Shown here: positions 56,028-64,000 of the stretch, one piece after another
Numbering within the stretch: position 1 is the first letter of the stretch
Layout of the letters: each line of letters begins with the position of its first letter
DNA from: Candidatus Kerfeldbacteria bacterium
GTDB lineage: Bacteria > Patescibacteriota > Patescibacteriia > SBBC01
Reading direction: 5' to 3'
NCBI GenBank assembly: GCA_043799405.1
Contig: JAZDNT010000002.1
Coordinates: forward strand, 10,716 to 74,715
DNA length: 64,000 bases
Translations under genes and position numbers: made by a program
Notes under the pieces: generated by a model
Seen by the model: the letters and a program-made list of their open reading frames with translations, nothing else
Database searches by the model: none
Told to the model about the DNA's origin: nothing

Positions 56028-59000
56028 CCGTGCGCGCGTGTCGCTGGTTTCTCGGACCCGCACTGCTACTCCTGGTGACATTTGGTGCGGCATGTGCACA
56101 GACAGTGGTGCCGAGTACGCCAACATCGCTCGACATGATCCGGCTCGAACCGTGCGGTGGTGAACCCGTTGGATTGGTTCTCGATACGATGAAGACGGTT
56201 GCCGAACGGCAGTCGTACCTCATCTATACGCGGATCGATATGAATGGGTCGACGCCAACGTATCGGCTGCCGAACCTTCGGGACGACCTCTCGTTCGGTT
56301 TCGGACTCTGGGGTCAGGCCTCGCATGGTCACTTCAACGACTTCGATCCCTACTCGCTCAATCAGTGGGGTTTCGCGGTCGAGCTCTGGCCGACATCAGA
56401 CGAGGCGGTGGCTGCGGGGTTGTACTACTACAACAACGGAATCTTCCAGCTGGGCGACTTCTTCATCGTCGAACAGTTGAACCAGTCCTGGCACAACTAC
56501 GCGCTCTGCGTGACGCCTCAGTTCGTGCGACGCTACTTCTATGACTGGCAGACGCTGGTCTACGATGTAACGTGCTCGAGCCTGTTGTATGCGCATGCGT
56601 GGCACGATACAACAAGGAGTCGTTCAGCGCGTGTTCGTCTCGGGTACCAGGGGGTGTGCATCGATCAGGGAGTTCCCTGTAACGCACGTGAAGACGAGAA
56701 CAACCTGTTCAAGAACATGGACGGTACGCTGAACAACGGGCACCTGTCCGTCTACCAGGCAATGAACTATATGTGCGGCGGATCATTGCTGCGCGTGTAT
56801 TCGGGTGACAACCAGCACACGTACCTGTCGCCCTCGGTCGACGAGGGGCTGAGCTACATGCCCTCGACGATCAACAGCAGGACGACGGCCAGGATCGTAT
56901 TTCCGGTCGACATGGATCGAAGCATCGATCCGTACGGATACGTGCTGGGGACACCGGCAGTACGGGCGTACAACCCGCGCTGGGTGAATCCTCGCGAACT
57001 CCAGGTCACACTGGTCGGGCGCAGACAGGACTACGGCAAGTGGATCGTCAGGGCATACGATCCATTTGCGAGTCCGGTGCTGTTCGCCGCCCGGTCAGAT
57101 TCCGGATTGATTCCCATGGATGGTGACGGCAAGTTGTTCAACCGGGACTCGTTGTCGAGAAGCGTCTACAGCAACTACGTAGACGTCGATCCAGCGGCTT
57201 CGGTCTACAGCTACACCGTCACCCGGAAGGGCGCCGACGTCGTCGTCCGCTGGAAGGCTAGTCAGGAAAGCGCGACTGAGAAGTATTTGATCTTGGTCGG
57301 ACCGACCGCGACCGGACCCTTCGAGCAGAAGGCCGAAGTTCAGGCCGATGCCGGCACCTACATGGTGACCATCTCGGGCGGCCCCGACGCGTACTACGAT
57401 CTTGTCGAGGTCGGAAAGAGCGGTGAAACGCGTGACGTATGTGCCGAGCCGGTCAGCGCGACGGAACCAGTCCTCCAAGACGGATCCGTGACGGTGACGG
57501 CAGAGCAGTTCGCCCACGCCGACTCGTTGCTTTCCGTAGCACAGATGTACCGGGCACAGAACCGCAGCGAATCAACGTGGGACTCGGATCAGTACCGGAT
57601 CTTCACGTTGCGCAAGTATCAGCGCCCGGTCGAGTGGCTCCGTGACTTTTGGAACATGGTCGGACTATCGACCGAGGTGAAGTACATCGAAGACCTCGGC
57701 GGCCCGCTCGGCATCCAGACGTACTCGGACAACCACCTGGAGATGACCGCGGCGCTGCTCGCGGGAGATGCAAGCGAGACCAGTGATCCCTACGGCAACC
57801 TCATCATCCAGAACCCGTCGAACTGGGATACGTTGGGAATTGGCCATATGCCCACGCTGCCGTTGCAGCCTGAGCTCAACCAGATCCCGCTGTTCTACCG
57901 CGTATCTCCAGACTCGGTCTCGATGGCGATGCCGTACTGGCGACGCTACTACGGGAGCCCGCTGCCGTACTTCGATCGCAACCGGAACGGGAAGCCGGAT
58001 GACGGCATCCGTTTCGGAGTTGCTCCGGTCTCGGATACCACCGAGTTCTGGGGTTTCGCGATCAAGACGGCGAATGCGTACTTCCAGTGGGAGGGACGTC
58101 GTCGAGTCGATCTGTGGGGATACTTCCGCGGCGGAACGTCGGACGAGTGGCGGTATGCGCTTGCACTGCTCGATTCGCTCGAGAAGTCCCTACCGTCGTA
58201 CACCATCGACATCGCGCGCCTGACCGACTCGTACCTGCACGTCATGACGCCGCCGCAGCGACAATTTCAGGCGATCGAGAGGTTCAACGCCAGTCCGATC
58301 CTCATCATCACCGGGTCGATCTACGACGAGATGTACAGCTTGGGCAAGTTTTTGCAGGCGGATGAGGGAGCGCGTCCGTCGCAGTTGGCTCCCAATCCTA
58401 GTGGACCGACAGCCATGATCCGGGGCTGTGGAGGTACGGCCTATAACCTGACGCAAGATCCAGCGATCGGCGAACCGCAGATGGAGCCGCTCCTGTTCAC
58501 TCCGGACCGGGGCGCGTACCTCATCTGGGGACCGAACATGGGTTCCGATGCCAGGGGCAACAACCTGATCATCGAAAAGGCGATATCGATCCTGTTCGCG
58601 AATCCGTACGGCCCTCCGGTGTGGCATCCGTTCGGGGACATCACGAACGAGACGCTCTGCTGGATCATCGACAACCATCCGGAGCTCGCTGAGCTGGCGT
58701 GGCAGTGGATACTACTCGGGGATCCGAACCTGATCATCAAGACCCCCGGCCCGCCGGTCGTGAGCGTAGCATCGCAACAGCTTCAACCTTCACTCTCGGC
58801 CTTCCCGAATCCCAGTCGGAATCTGACGGTCCAGTTCACCCTTGCACGTCCGGACGATGTCCATCTCGAGGTCTACGATGTTCAGGGGCGGCGTGTCGCT
58901 ACGCTCGCGTCGGGGCATTACGAGGCCGGCCAGCGGACCATCAGCTGGCACGGTCAGAACGACGACGGCGTCACCCTTGCGAGCGGTCTCTACCTCGTAC

Positions 59001-59053
59001 GGTTGCGGTCGTCACAGCTCAACACCGAGCGCAAGGTGATCTGGTTGCACTAA
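56024..59053 (+). CDS. large secreted protein with C-terminal beta-sandwich sorting-type domain (T9SS/FlgD-Ig-like CTD)
   Basis: 1009 aa protein. A TTG start overlaps the upstream stop (TTGA). Signal peptide is MTVRACRWFLGPALLLLVTFGAACAQ. The C-terminal ~75 aa ...VQFTLARPDDVHLEVYDVQGRRVATLASGHYEAGQRTISWHGQNDDGVTLASGLYLVRLRS... resemble Por/T9SS-type CTDs. Confidence 0.65.
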   Translation: MTVRACRWFLGPALLLLVTFGAACAQTVVPSTPTSLDMIRLEPCGGEPVGLVLDTMKTVAERQSYLIYTRIDMNGSTPTYRLPNLRDDLSFGFGLWGQASHGHFNDFDPYSLNQWGFAVELWPTSDEAVAAGLYYYNNGIFQLGDFFIVEQLNQSWHNYALCVTPQFVRRYFYDWQTLVYDVTCSSLLYAHAWHDTTRSRSARVRLGYQGVCIDQGVPCNAREDENNLFKNMDGTLNNGHLSVYQAMNYMCGGSLLRVYSGDNQHTYLSPSVDEGLSYMPSTINSRTTARIVFPVDMDRSIDPYGYVLGTPAVRAYNPRWVNPRELQVTLVGRRQDYGKWIVRAYDPFASPVLFAARSDSGLIPMDGDGKLFNRDSLSRSVYSNYVDVDPAASVYSYTVTRKGADVVVRWKASQESATEKYLILVGPTATGPFEQKAEVQADAGTYMVTISGGPDAYYDLVEVGKSGETRDVCAEPVSATEPVLQDGSVTVTAEQFAHADSLLSVAQMYRAQNRSESTWDSDQYRIFTLRKYQRPVEWLRDFWNMVGLSTEVKYIEDLGGPLGIQTYSDNHLEMTAALLAGDASETSDPYGNLIIQNPSNWDTLGIGHMPTLPLQPELNQIPLFYRVSPDSVSMAMPYWRRYYGSPLPYFDRNRNGKPDDGIRFGVAPVSDTTEFWGFAIKTANAYFQWEGRRRVDLWGYFRGGTSDEWRYALALLDSLEKSLPSYTIDIARLTDSYLHVMTPPQRQFQAIERFNASPILIITGSIYDEMYSLGKFLQADEGARPSQLAPNPSGPTAMIRGCGGTAYNLTQDPAIGEPQMEPLLFTPDRGAYLIWGPNMGSDARGNNLIIEKAISILFANPYGPPVWHPFGDITNETLCWIIDNHPELAELAWQWILLGDPNLIIKTPGPPVVSVASQQLQPSLSAFPNPSRNLTVQFTLARPDDVHLEVYDVQGRRVATLASGHYEAGQRTISWHGQNDDGVTLASGLYLVRLRSSQLNTERKVIWLH

Positions 59054-59136
59054 GGAGGTGGTGCGATCGAGTTCTGACCGCTGTTGCAGTACCGTTCCCG
59101 CAGTTAGTTTATGATGCAGCTCTTTGGAGGTGAACC

Positions 59137-59298
59137 ATGAATCGTAAGACCTTGGTCCGTCTCGGCTTGGCGTTGCTCACCTGTGCCTTCCTGGCCGGGT
59201 GCAGCGAGCCCCCGACGGCGCCCGAGGACGAGGGCGGTGGCGACACGACGGGCACCGGCAAGAACGTCGTGGAGCGGGTCCTCGGCGCGCTGTCGTAG
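59137..59298 (+). CDS. small lipoprotein (53 aa), not in the ORF track
   Basis: My own translation gives MNRKTLVRLGLALLTCAFLAGCSEPPTAPEDEGGGDTTGTGKNVVERVLGALS. A GGAGGTG RBS lies 6 nt upstream. The lipobox is LAGC. Confidence 0.45.
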   Translation: MNRKTLVRLGLALLTCAFLAGCSEPPTAPEDEGGGDTTGTGKNVVERVLGALS

Positions 59299-59467
59299 GT
59301 CGAGCCGTATCAGCATCACAGAAGAATAGACCAAGCAGTAGGCTGTGAGCAGCCCGCATCTTTGGTCACGCACCTGTTTCCGAAACTAGGGAGCAAATAC
59401 TTTGACCAAGCGGTACTATACCGGCGAGGTCCCCCAACGCTCCGGTTTTGAGGGAAACAAAGCATTA

Positions 59468-59512
59468 CCCGGGTGTTCAACGCGTCGCGTTGGGCACCCG
59501 GATTCTTTTTTT
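59468..59512. terminator. rho-independent terminator (bidirectional; GC hairpin plus T-run)
   Basis: CCCGGGTG-TTCAACGCGTCGCGTTGG-GCACCCGG followed by ATTCTTTTTTT. The convergent gene 59511..59885(-) ends at the T-run. Confidence 0.75.
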
Positions 59513-59885
59513 ACTGGCTCGGTTGTTTACGGGGCGAGCCTCTTTCCGGTATACGGCTTCGTTCGTCGAGGTAGGCGAGGATGCTCGCTATACCGATTAT
59601 CGCATAGACGTATGTGATGTACGTGGCGAGATCGATGAAACCGAGCAGCGAATCGAGCCCTGCAAAACCGAGAACGGAAAGCAGGGACCCGCCGACCCCA
59701 AGCCCTAAGAGGTATGTTTTCAGATGCGTCGCCATGAACAGCCCGAGAAGACCGATCGCGATGTGGACAAGCGACTGCGCGACGCCGAACTTTACGTCAT
59801 AGGGGAACGTGATGAAAAAGTTCAGTACCCCGATAGTGACGAGGAGCAACGCGGAGACGAGTGCGGTGATGTTGAATCTTTTCAT
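59511..59885 (-). CDS. small integral membrane protein (four predicted TM helices)
   Basis: 124 aa protein. MKRFNITALVSALLLVTIGVLNFFITF..., with hydrophobic segments throughout. Confidence 0.5.
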   Translation of the reverse strand: MKRFNITALVSALLLVTIGVLNFFITFPYDVKFGVAQSLVHIAIGLLGLFMATHLKTYLLGLGVGGSLLSVLGFAGLDSLLGFIDLATYITYVYAIIGIASILAYLDERSRIPERGSPRKQPSQ

Positions 59886-60132
59886 GATGATATTATTCTA
59901 TTCGCAGATCTCTGATACCGGCTGGCGGAGCCCTGTCGTAGTTGAGTAGGAAGAGCGCGTTCGGTACGACCGTGTTGGGTACATCTGATAAACCCGAACG
60001 GATACAATCGTTCCTATCATCACAACCAGTCCGATATTGTTTCGTGTACGTCTGTGATCTCGCTTGCGCTGAGATGGACAATAAGAATGATACCAAAAAA
60101 GCGCTGCGAACAGTAGTATATATCACTTTACG

Positions 60133-62436
60133 GTGAGCGAATATTATGGTACAGTAACGCAGTTACTGTCGCGTATGGCACCCAACAACCGCGAGTCGTT
60201 AGCAACGAAAAAACAGGGCGAGCAGGTCGCGTCGAAACGTCGCGCTGAATCGCTCAAACCGGAAACACGTCACGGCATCACCGTCGTGGTGCTCTTCACG
60301 ATCGCGGCACTCTGTATTTTAAGCCTCTTCAATCTAGCCGGCCCTCTCGGCACCCAGATCGACCGTGCGCTGACGTTGCTGACGGGCGGTTTACGGTATG
60401 TTATACCGATAGTCTTCATTGTTTTCGGCTACCTTTTCCTATTCCCCGAAAGGTATCGCGTACGGACCTCAATGTACGTAGGGCTATCACTGTTCCTTAC
60501 GAGCGGAACTGCGCTGCTGCACCTCGGTGTATCTCAGATCGAGGCAGTTTCGCCGATTGCCGACGGTCGCGGGGGCGGCTACCTCGGACTCGTGTTGAGC
60601 TATCCGTTACGCGCGGTGACCGGCTCGATCGCGTCGTTCATAATCCTGTTAGCTCTTCTGATCATTTCACTGCTGGTCATGTTCAATACAACGCTTGAAG
60701 CCTTAGCTTCGCGGGGGAACTTCATCGGGAACTGGTATGGCGCTCTCCGTTCATCGTGGTACCGGATGCAGTACAAGCTTGAGCGCCGAAGGGATCTTTC
60801 CCGCGAGCCCGAACAGGAGGGTCAGGGTACCGATGTGTCGCCAGCACCCGACGAGGCATCATTTACCGCAACGACCGTACCGGGTGCTCCGGCAGCCGAT
60901 GGGGCTGCAAAGATACAGCCGAAGCTTTTTGAGCAGCCCGTAAAGAAGCAGCGCCGTACGATCGAGATCCCGCTTGAGCTCCTCGATAGCCACCAGTCAA
61001 AGCCGATACAGAGCAGGATCGAAGAGAAGAAAGAACTCATTCGCAAGACACTCGAGACCTTTGGGATCGCCGTTGAAATGGATGCGGTAAACGTCGGGCC
61101 AACGGTGACCCAGTTCACGCTTAAGCCTTCCGAGGGCGTAAAACTGAGCCAGATCACGACCCTGCATAATGATCTGTCGCTGGCGCTTGCGGCACACCCA
61201 ATAAGGATCGAGGCGCCAATCCCAGGCATGTCCCTTGTCGGCATCGAGGTTCCGAACGAATCCGTCGCGATCGTGAACCTCCGCAACATCCTTGAGTCAG
61301 AATCGTTCAAGAAACGGAAGTCCAGTCTTACGTTCGCGCTCGGTAAAGACGTTGCCGGAAAGCCGTGGACGGCGAACCTTGACCCGATGCCGCACCTGCT
61401 GATCGCCGGCGCTACGAACTCAGGCAAGTCGGTGATGCTTAATTCATTGATTGTGTCGCTTCTGTACTCGAACTCGCCGGACGATCTGAAGATCATCCTC
61501 ATCGATCCGAAGCGCGTCGAATTCACGGTGTACAACGACGTGCCGCACCTTTTAACGCCCGTCATTACCGAGACCCAAAAGACCGTCAATGCATTGAGGT
61601 GGATCGTCGGTGAGATGGACCATCGCTTCCGAGTGCTCTCGGCAAGCGGGAAGCGCAACATTCAGGCGTACCACCAGGATATCGGCGACGACATGCCGTA
61701 CATTGTTCTCGTTATAGACGAACTTGCCGACCTTATGGCCGTTGCCGCTTTAGAAGTTGAGGGCGCCATCATACGGCTTGCACAAATGGCGCGTGCGGTC
61801 GGGATCCACCTCGTCGTCGCGACGCAGCGTCCGAGCGTGAACGTCATTACCGGCCTCATCAAGGCGAACATCACCGCCCGTATTGCGTTTAACGTCGCTT
61901 CTGCGGTGGATTCGCGCACCATCCTCGATAACTCTGGCGCAGAAAAGCTTCTGGGTAAGGGCGACATGCTTTTCGTATCGAGCGAACTATCAAAACCGAA
62001 ACGGCTTCAAGGTGCCTACCTATCGGATACGGAAATCCAACGTGTCGCCGACTACCTTAAAGAAAGGGCAAAGCCGGATTACCTTCCCGAGGTCATCGAA
62101 AAACCTACCGTAGCACAAGGCGAGAACGCCGGAGCGTATGAAGAATTCGGTGAGGATGAGCTCCTTGCCGAAGCGAAGGACCTTATCCTTCGTTCGGGAA
62201 AGGCGTCCGCGTCGTTCCTCCAGCGTCGATTACGGATCGGGTACGCGCGCGCCGCACGGATCCTCGACCTTCTTGAAGAACGCGGCATCATCGGCCCTGG
62301 CGAAGGCGCGAAGCCTCGTGAGATCCTGATCAGCCGCGGTGAGTTTGAGGGCACCGAGCTCGTCGATGATGATACAGATGACGAGGGTGTTGATGGCTCA
62401 GCGGATCGGCCTCACAGCGGGGAGCCGACGGCGTAA
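60133..62436 (+). CDS. ftsK: DNA translocase FtsK/SpoIIIE
   Basis: 767 aa protein with N-terminal TM helices. The motor domain has Walker A (LLIAGATNSGKSV) and Walker B (IVLVIDELADLM). The C-terminal winged-helix gamma domain is LLAEAKDLILRSGKASASFLQRRLRIGYARAARILDLLEERGIIGP. Confidence 0.9.
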   Translation: MSEYYGTVTQLLSRMAPNNRESLATKKQGEQVASKRRAESLKPETRHGITVVVLFTIAALCILSLFNLAGPLGTQIDRALTLLTGGLRYVIPIVFIVFGYLFLFPERYRVRTSMYVGLSLFLTSGTALLHLGVSQIEAVSPIADGRGGGYLGLVLSYPLRAVTGSIASFIILLALLIISLLVMFNTTLEALASRGNFIGNWYGALRSSWYRMQYKLERRRDLSREPEQEGQGTDVSPAPDEASFTATTVPGAPAADGAAKIQPKLFEQPVKKQRRTIEIPLELLDSHQSKPIQSRIEEKKELIRKTLETFGIAVEMDAVNVGPTVTQFTLKPSEGVKLSQITTLHNDLSLALAAHPIRIEAPIPGMSLVGIEVPNESVAIVNLRNILESESFKKRKSSLTFALGKDVAGKPWTANLDPMPHLLIAGATNSGKSVMLNSLIVSLLYSNSPDDLKIILIDPKRVEFTVYNDVPHLLTPVITETQKTVNALRWIVGEMDHRFRVLSASGKRNIQAYHQDIGDDMPYIVLVIDELADLMAVAALEVEGAIIRLAQMARAVGIHLVVATQRPSVNVITGLIKANITARIAFNVASAVDSRTILDNSGAEKLLGKGDMLFVSSELSKPKRLQGAYLSDTEIQRVADYLKERAKPDYLPEVIEKPTVAQGENAGAYEEFGEDELLAEAKDLILRSGKASASFLQRRLRIGYARAARILDLLEERGIIGPGEGAKPREILISRGEFEGTELVDDDTDDEGVDGSADRPHSGEPTA

Positions 62437-62438
62437 GA

Positions 62439-63116
62439 ATGGCACTGTTTAAGGAAAAAAAGATCGGGGCGACGGATACCCTCGGAGAACGTCTTCGTCG
62501 TGTCCGTGAGGAAGCCGGACTAACACTCGAAAATCTTGCAGGAAGAACAGGGATTAGTATAAAGCATCTCACAGCGATTGAGGAGGGTCGATACGGCGAT
62601 CTTCCCGGCGAGGTGTACGCTCGCAACTTTGTTCGCCAGTACGCAAAGATCCTCCAGGTAAGCGAGGAGACCGCGATCGGTATGTTCGAACACGAGCATA
62701 CGGTCGCGATCAACCTTGCCCCAGCGCCGATTCCCGACCCTGCGAAGCCCGTTAGAATCCGGGCATATATTACACCGCAGGGGATACGCTGGGCCGCCGT
62801 TCTATTGCTCGGAATCGCGATTTTGGTATACTTGGGGCTGGAACTTCGGAACTTCACCTCACCGCCATCGCTCATTATCGATTCGCCGCCTGCACAGTAT
62901 ACGACTGAGTCCCACTCGGTCGAGATACGGGGCATGACCGACCCGGAGGTCACCGTGATGGTCAATGGTCGTGCGATCCTCGTCGACTACCAAGGGAGGT
63001 TTCAGGAGCTCATTGATCTTCAGGACGGACTCAACACCATCGTTATCACGGCACAGAACAAACGTGGCCGTACAACGACCGAGGTGAGACAGATACTCGT
63101 CGAACCATCGTCATAA
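62439..63116 (+). CDS. RodZ-like protein (XRE-type HTH, single TM, C-terminal domain)
   Basis: 225 aa protein. The HTH is LGERLRRVREEAGLTLENLAGRTGISIKHLTAIEEG. TM is WAAVLLLGIAILVYLGL. The architecture matches RodZ. Confidence 0.55.
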   Translation: MALFKEKKIGATDTLGERLRRVREEAGLTLENLAGRTGISIKHLTAIEEGRYGDLPGEVYARNFVRQYAKILQVSEETAIGMFEHEHTVAINLAPAPIPDPAKPVRIRAYITPQGIRWAAVLLLGIAILVYLGLELRNFTSPPSLIIDSPPAQYTTESHSVEIRGMTDPEVTVMVNGRAILVDYQGRFQELIDLQDGLNTIVITAQNKRGRTTTEVRQILVEPSS

Positions 63117-63146
63117 ACTAATTCAGTGGCGCATGAGAGGACACGT

Positions 63147-64000
63147 ATGACTAAAGAACGAACGAAAGGGGATCCCGAAGGCGAGCGGGCAAAGGCCGCC
63201 CTCGCAGCGATCGAACAGATCCGTGAACGCTTCGGTTCCGGTTCGATCATGAAGCTCGGCGAAGCGAAGGCGATGCAGGTTGACGTTGTGAGCACCGGCA
63301 GTCTATCGCTCGACATTGCGCTCGGCGTTTTCGGCGTACCGCGCGGACGGGTCATCGAGATTTTCGGTCCGGAAGCATCGGGAAAGACGACGCTTGCCCA
63401 GCACATCGTCGCAGAGGTCCAGCGCGCCGGAGGCACTGCAGCGTTCATCGATGCGGAGCATGCGCTCGATCCATCGTACGCAAAGAAGATCGGCATCAAC
63501 ATCGACGATCTCCTGATTAGCCAGCCTGATACCGGAGAACAGGCGCTGGAGATCCTTGAGACGCTCGTCCGTTCGAATGGCGTCGATGTCGCGGTCGTTG
63601 ATTCTGTCGCGGCCCTGACGCCGAAGGCGGAGATCGAGGGCGAGATGGGTGAACCGCAGATGGGCCTTCAGGCGCGTCTCATGAGCCAGGCGCTCAGGAA
63701 GCTCACCGCAATCGTCTCGAAATCGAAGACCATCGTCATCTTCATCAACCAGACGCGCATGAAGATCGGCGTGTTCTTCGGCAACCCGGAGACGACGACC
63801 GGCGGCATGGCGCTCAAGTTCTATTCATCGGTCCGCATCGAGGTGCGCCGTATCGGCCAGCTTAAGGTCGGCGACAAGGTGATCGGTAACCGTGTCGTCG
63901 CGAAGGTCGTAAAGAACAAGGTCGCAGCGCCGTTCCGGTCAACCGAGTTCGATATCCTCTACAACGAGGGCATCTCGAAGGAGGGCGACGCCCTCGACAC
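63147..64000 (+). CDS. recA: recombinase RecA (3' truncated by window end), not in the ORF track
   Basis: My own translation from the ATG at 63147 (GAGAGGA RBS) gives [39 protein letters not shown]... Walker A is [13 protein letters not shown]. The L1/L2 regions are [38 protein letters not shown]. Confidence 0.95.
   Translation, partial: MTKERTKGDPEGERAKAALAAIEQIRERFGSGSIMKLGEAKAMQVDVVSTGSLSLDIALGVFGVPRGRVIEIFGPEASGKTTLAQHIVAEVQRAGGTAAFIDAEHALDPSYAKKIGINIDDLLISQPDTGEQALEILETLVRSNGVDVAVVDSVAALTPKAEIEGEMGEPQMGLQARLMSQALRKLTAIVSKSKTIVIFINQTRMKIGVFFGNPETTTGGMALKFYSSVRIEVRRIGQLKVGDKVIGNRVVAKVVKNKVAAPFRSTEFDILYNEGISKEGDALD

Noticed and set aside
1-64000. CRISPR arrays, rRNA genes, transposase-bearing IS elements
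   Set aside because: No regularly spaced direct repeats, rRNA-like conserved blocks or DDE transposase motifs were seen on reading the window.

Overview
The window is GC-rich bacterial chromosome (about 55-60% GC by eye) and is dense in core genes. Recognisable genes include polA, uvrB, ruvA, rpoB-rpoC, ftsK, recA (3' partial), prs, guaB, ddl, a Mur ligase, holA, rpsT and cutA. A type IV pilus operon is present (pilB-pilC, three prepilin-like genes and a PilX-like gene), together with many N-terminally membrane-anchored or secreted giant surface proteins. Taxonomy cannot be fixed from sequence alone. It looks like an uncultivated lineage, with several traits seen in CPR/Patescibacteria-like or FCB-group candidate phyla.

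Standard genetic code is consistent with all the long intact ORFs. RNA genes found are tRNA-Leu(TAG), tRNA-Arg(CCG), tRNA-Met(CAT) and one atypical tRNA-like gene.

The most notable unexplained or accessory content is:
- A roughly 3.5 kb AT-richer island at about 29.2-32.7 kb. It carries a large serine recombinase, two hypothetical genes and a GIY-YIG nuclease-domain gene. It is bounded by imperfect direct repeats matching the 3' end of the adjacent tRNA-Arg.
- A roughly 0.7 kb structured non-coding block (43.34-44.11 kb) with internal repeats around the tRNA pair.
- Two near-identical 39-bp palindromic elements placed at the same distance upstream of two consecutive minus-strand genes (a STAS anti-sigma antagonist and a standalone PurH-N-terminal/MGS-like gene).
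- A paralogous family of four membrane-anchored proteins that share a thrombospondin-type-3-like calcium-binding module. Three of them are in tandem and one embeds a DsbA-like thioredoxin domain.
- A 630-bp non-coding stretch after rpoC.

No CRISPR array, rRNA or obvious defence operon was seen.
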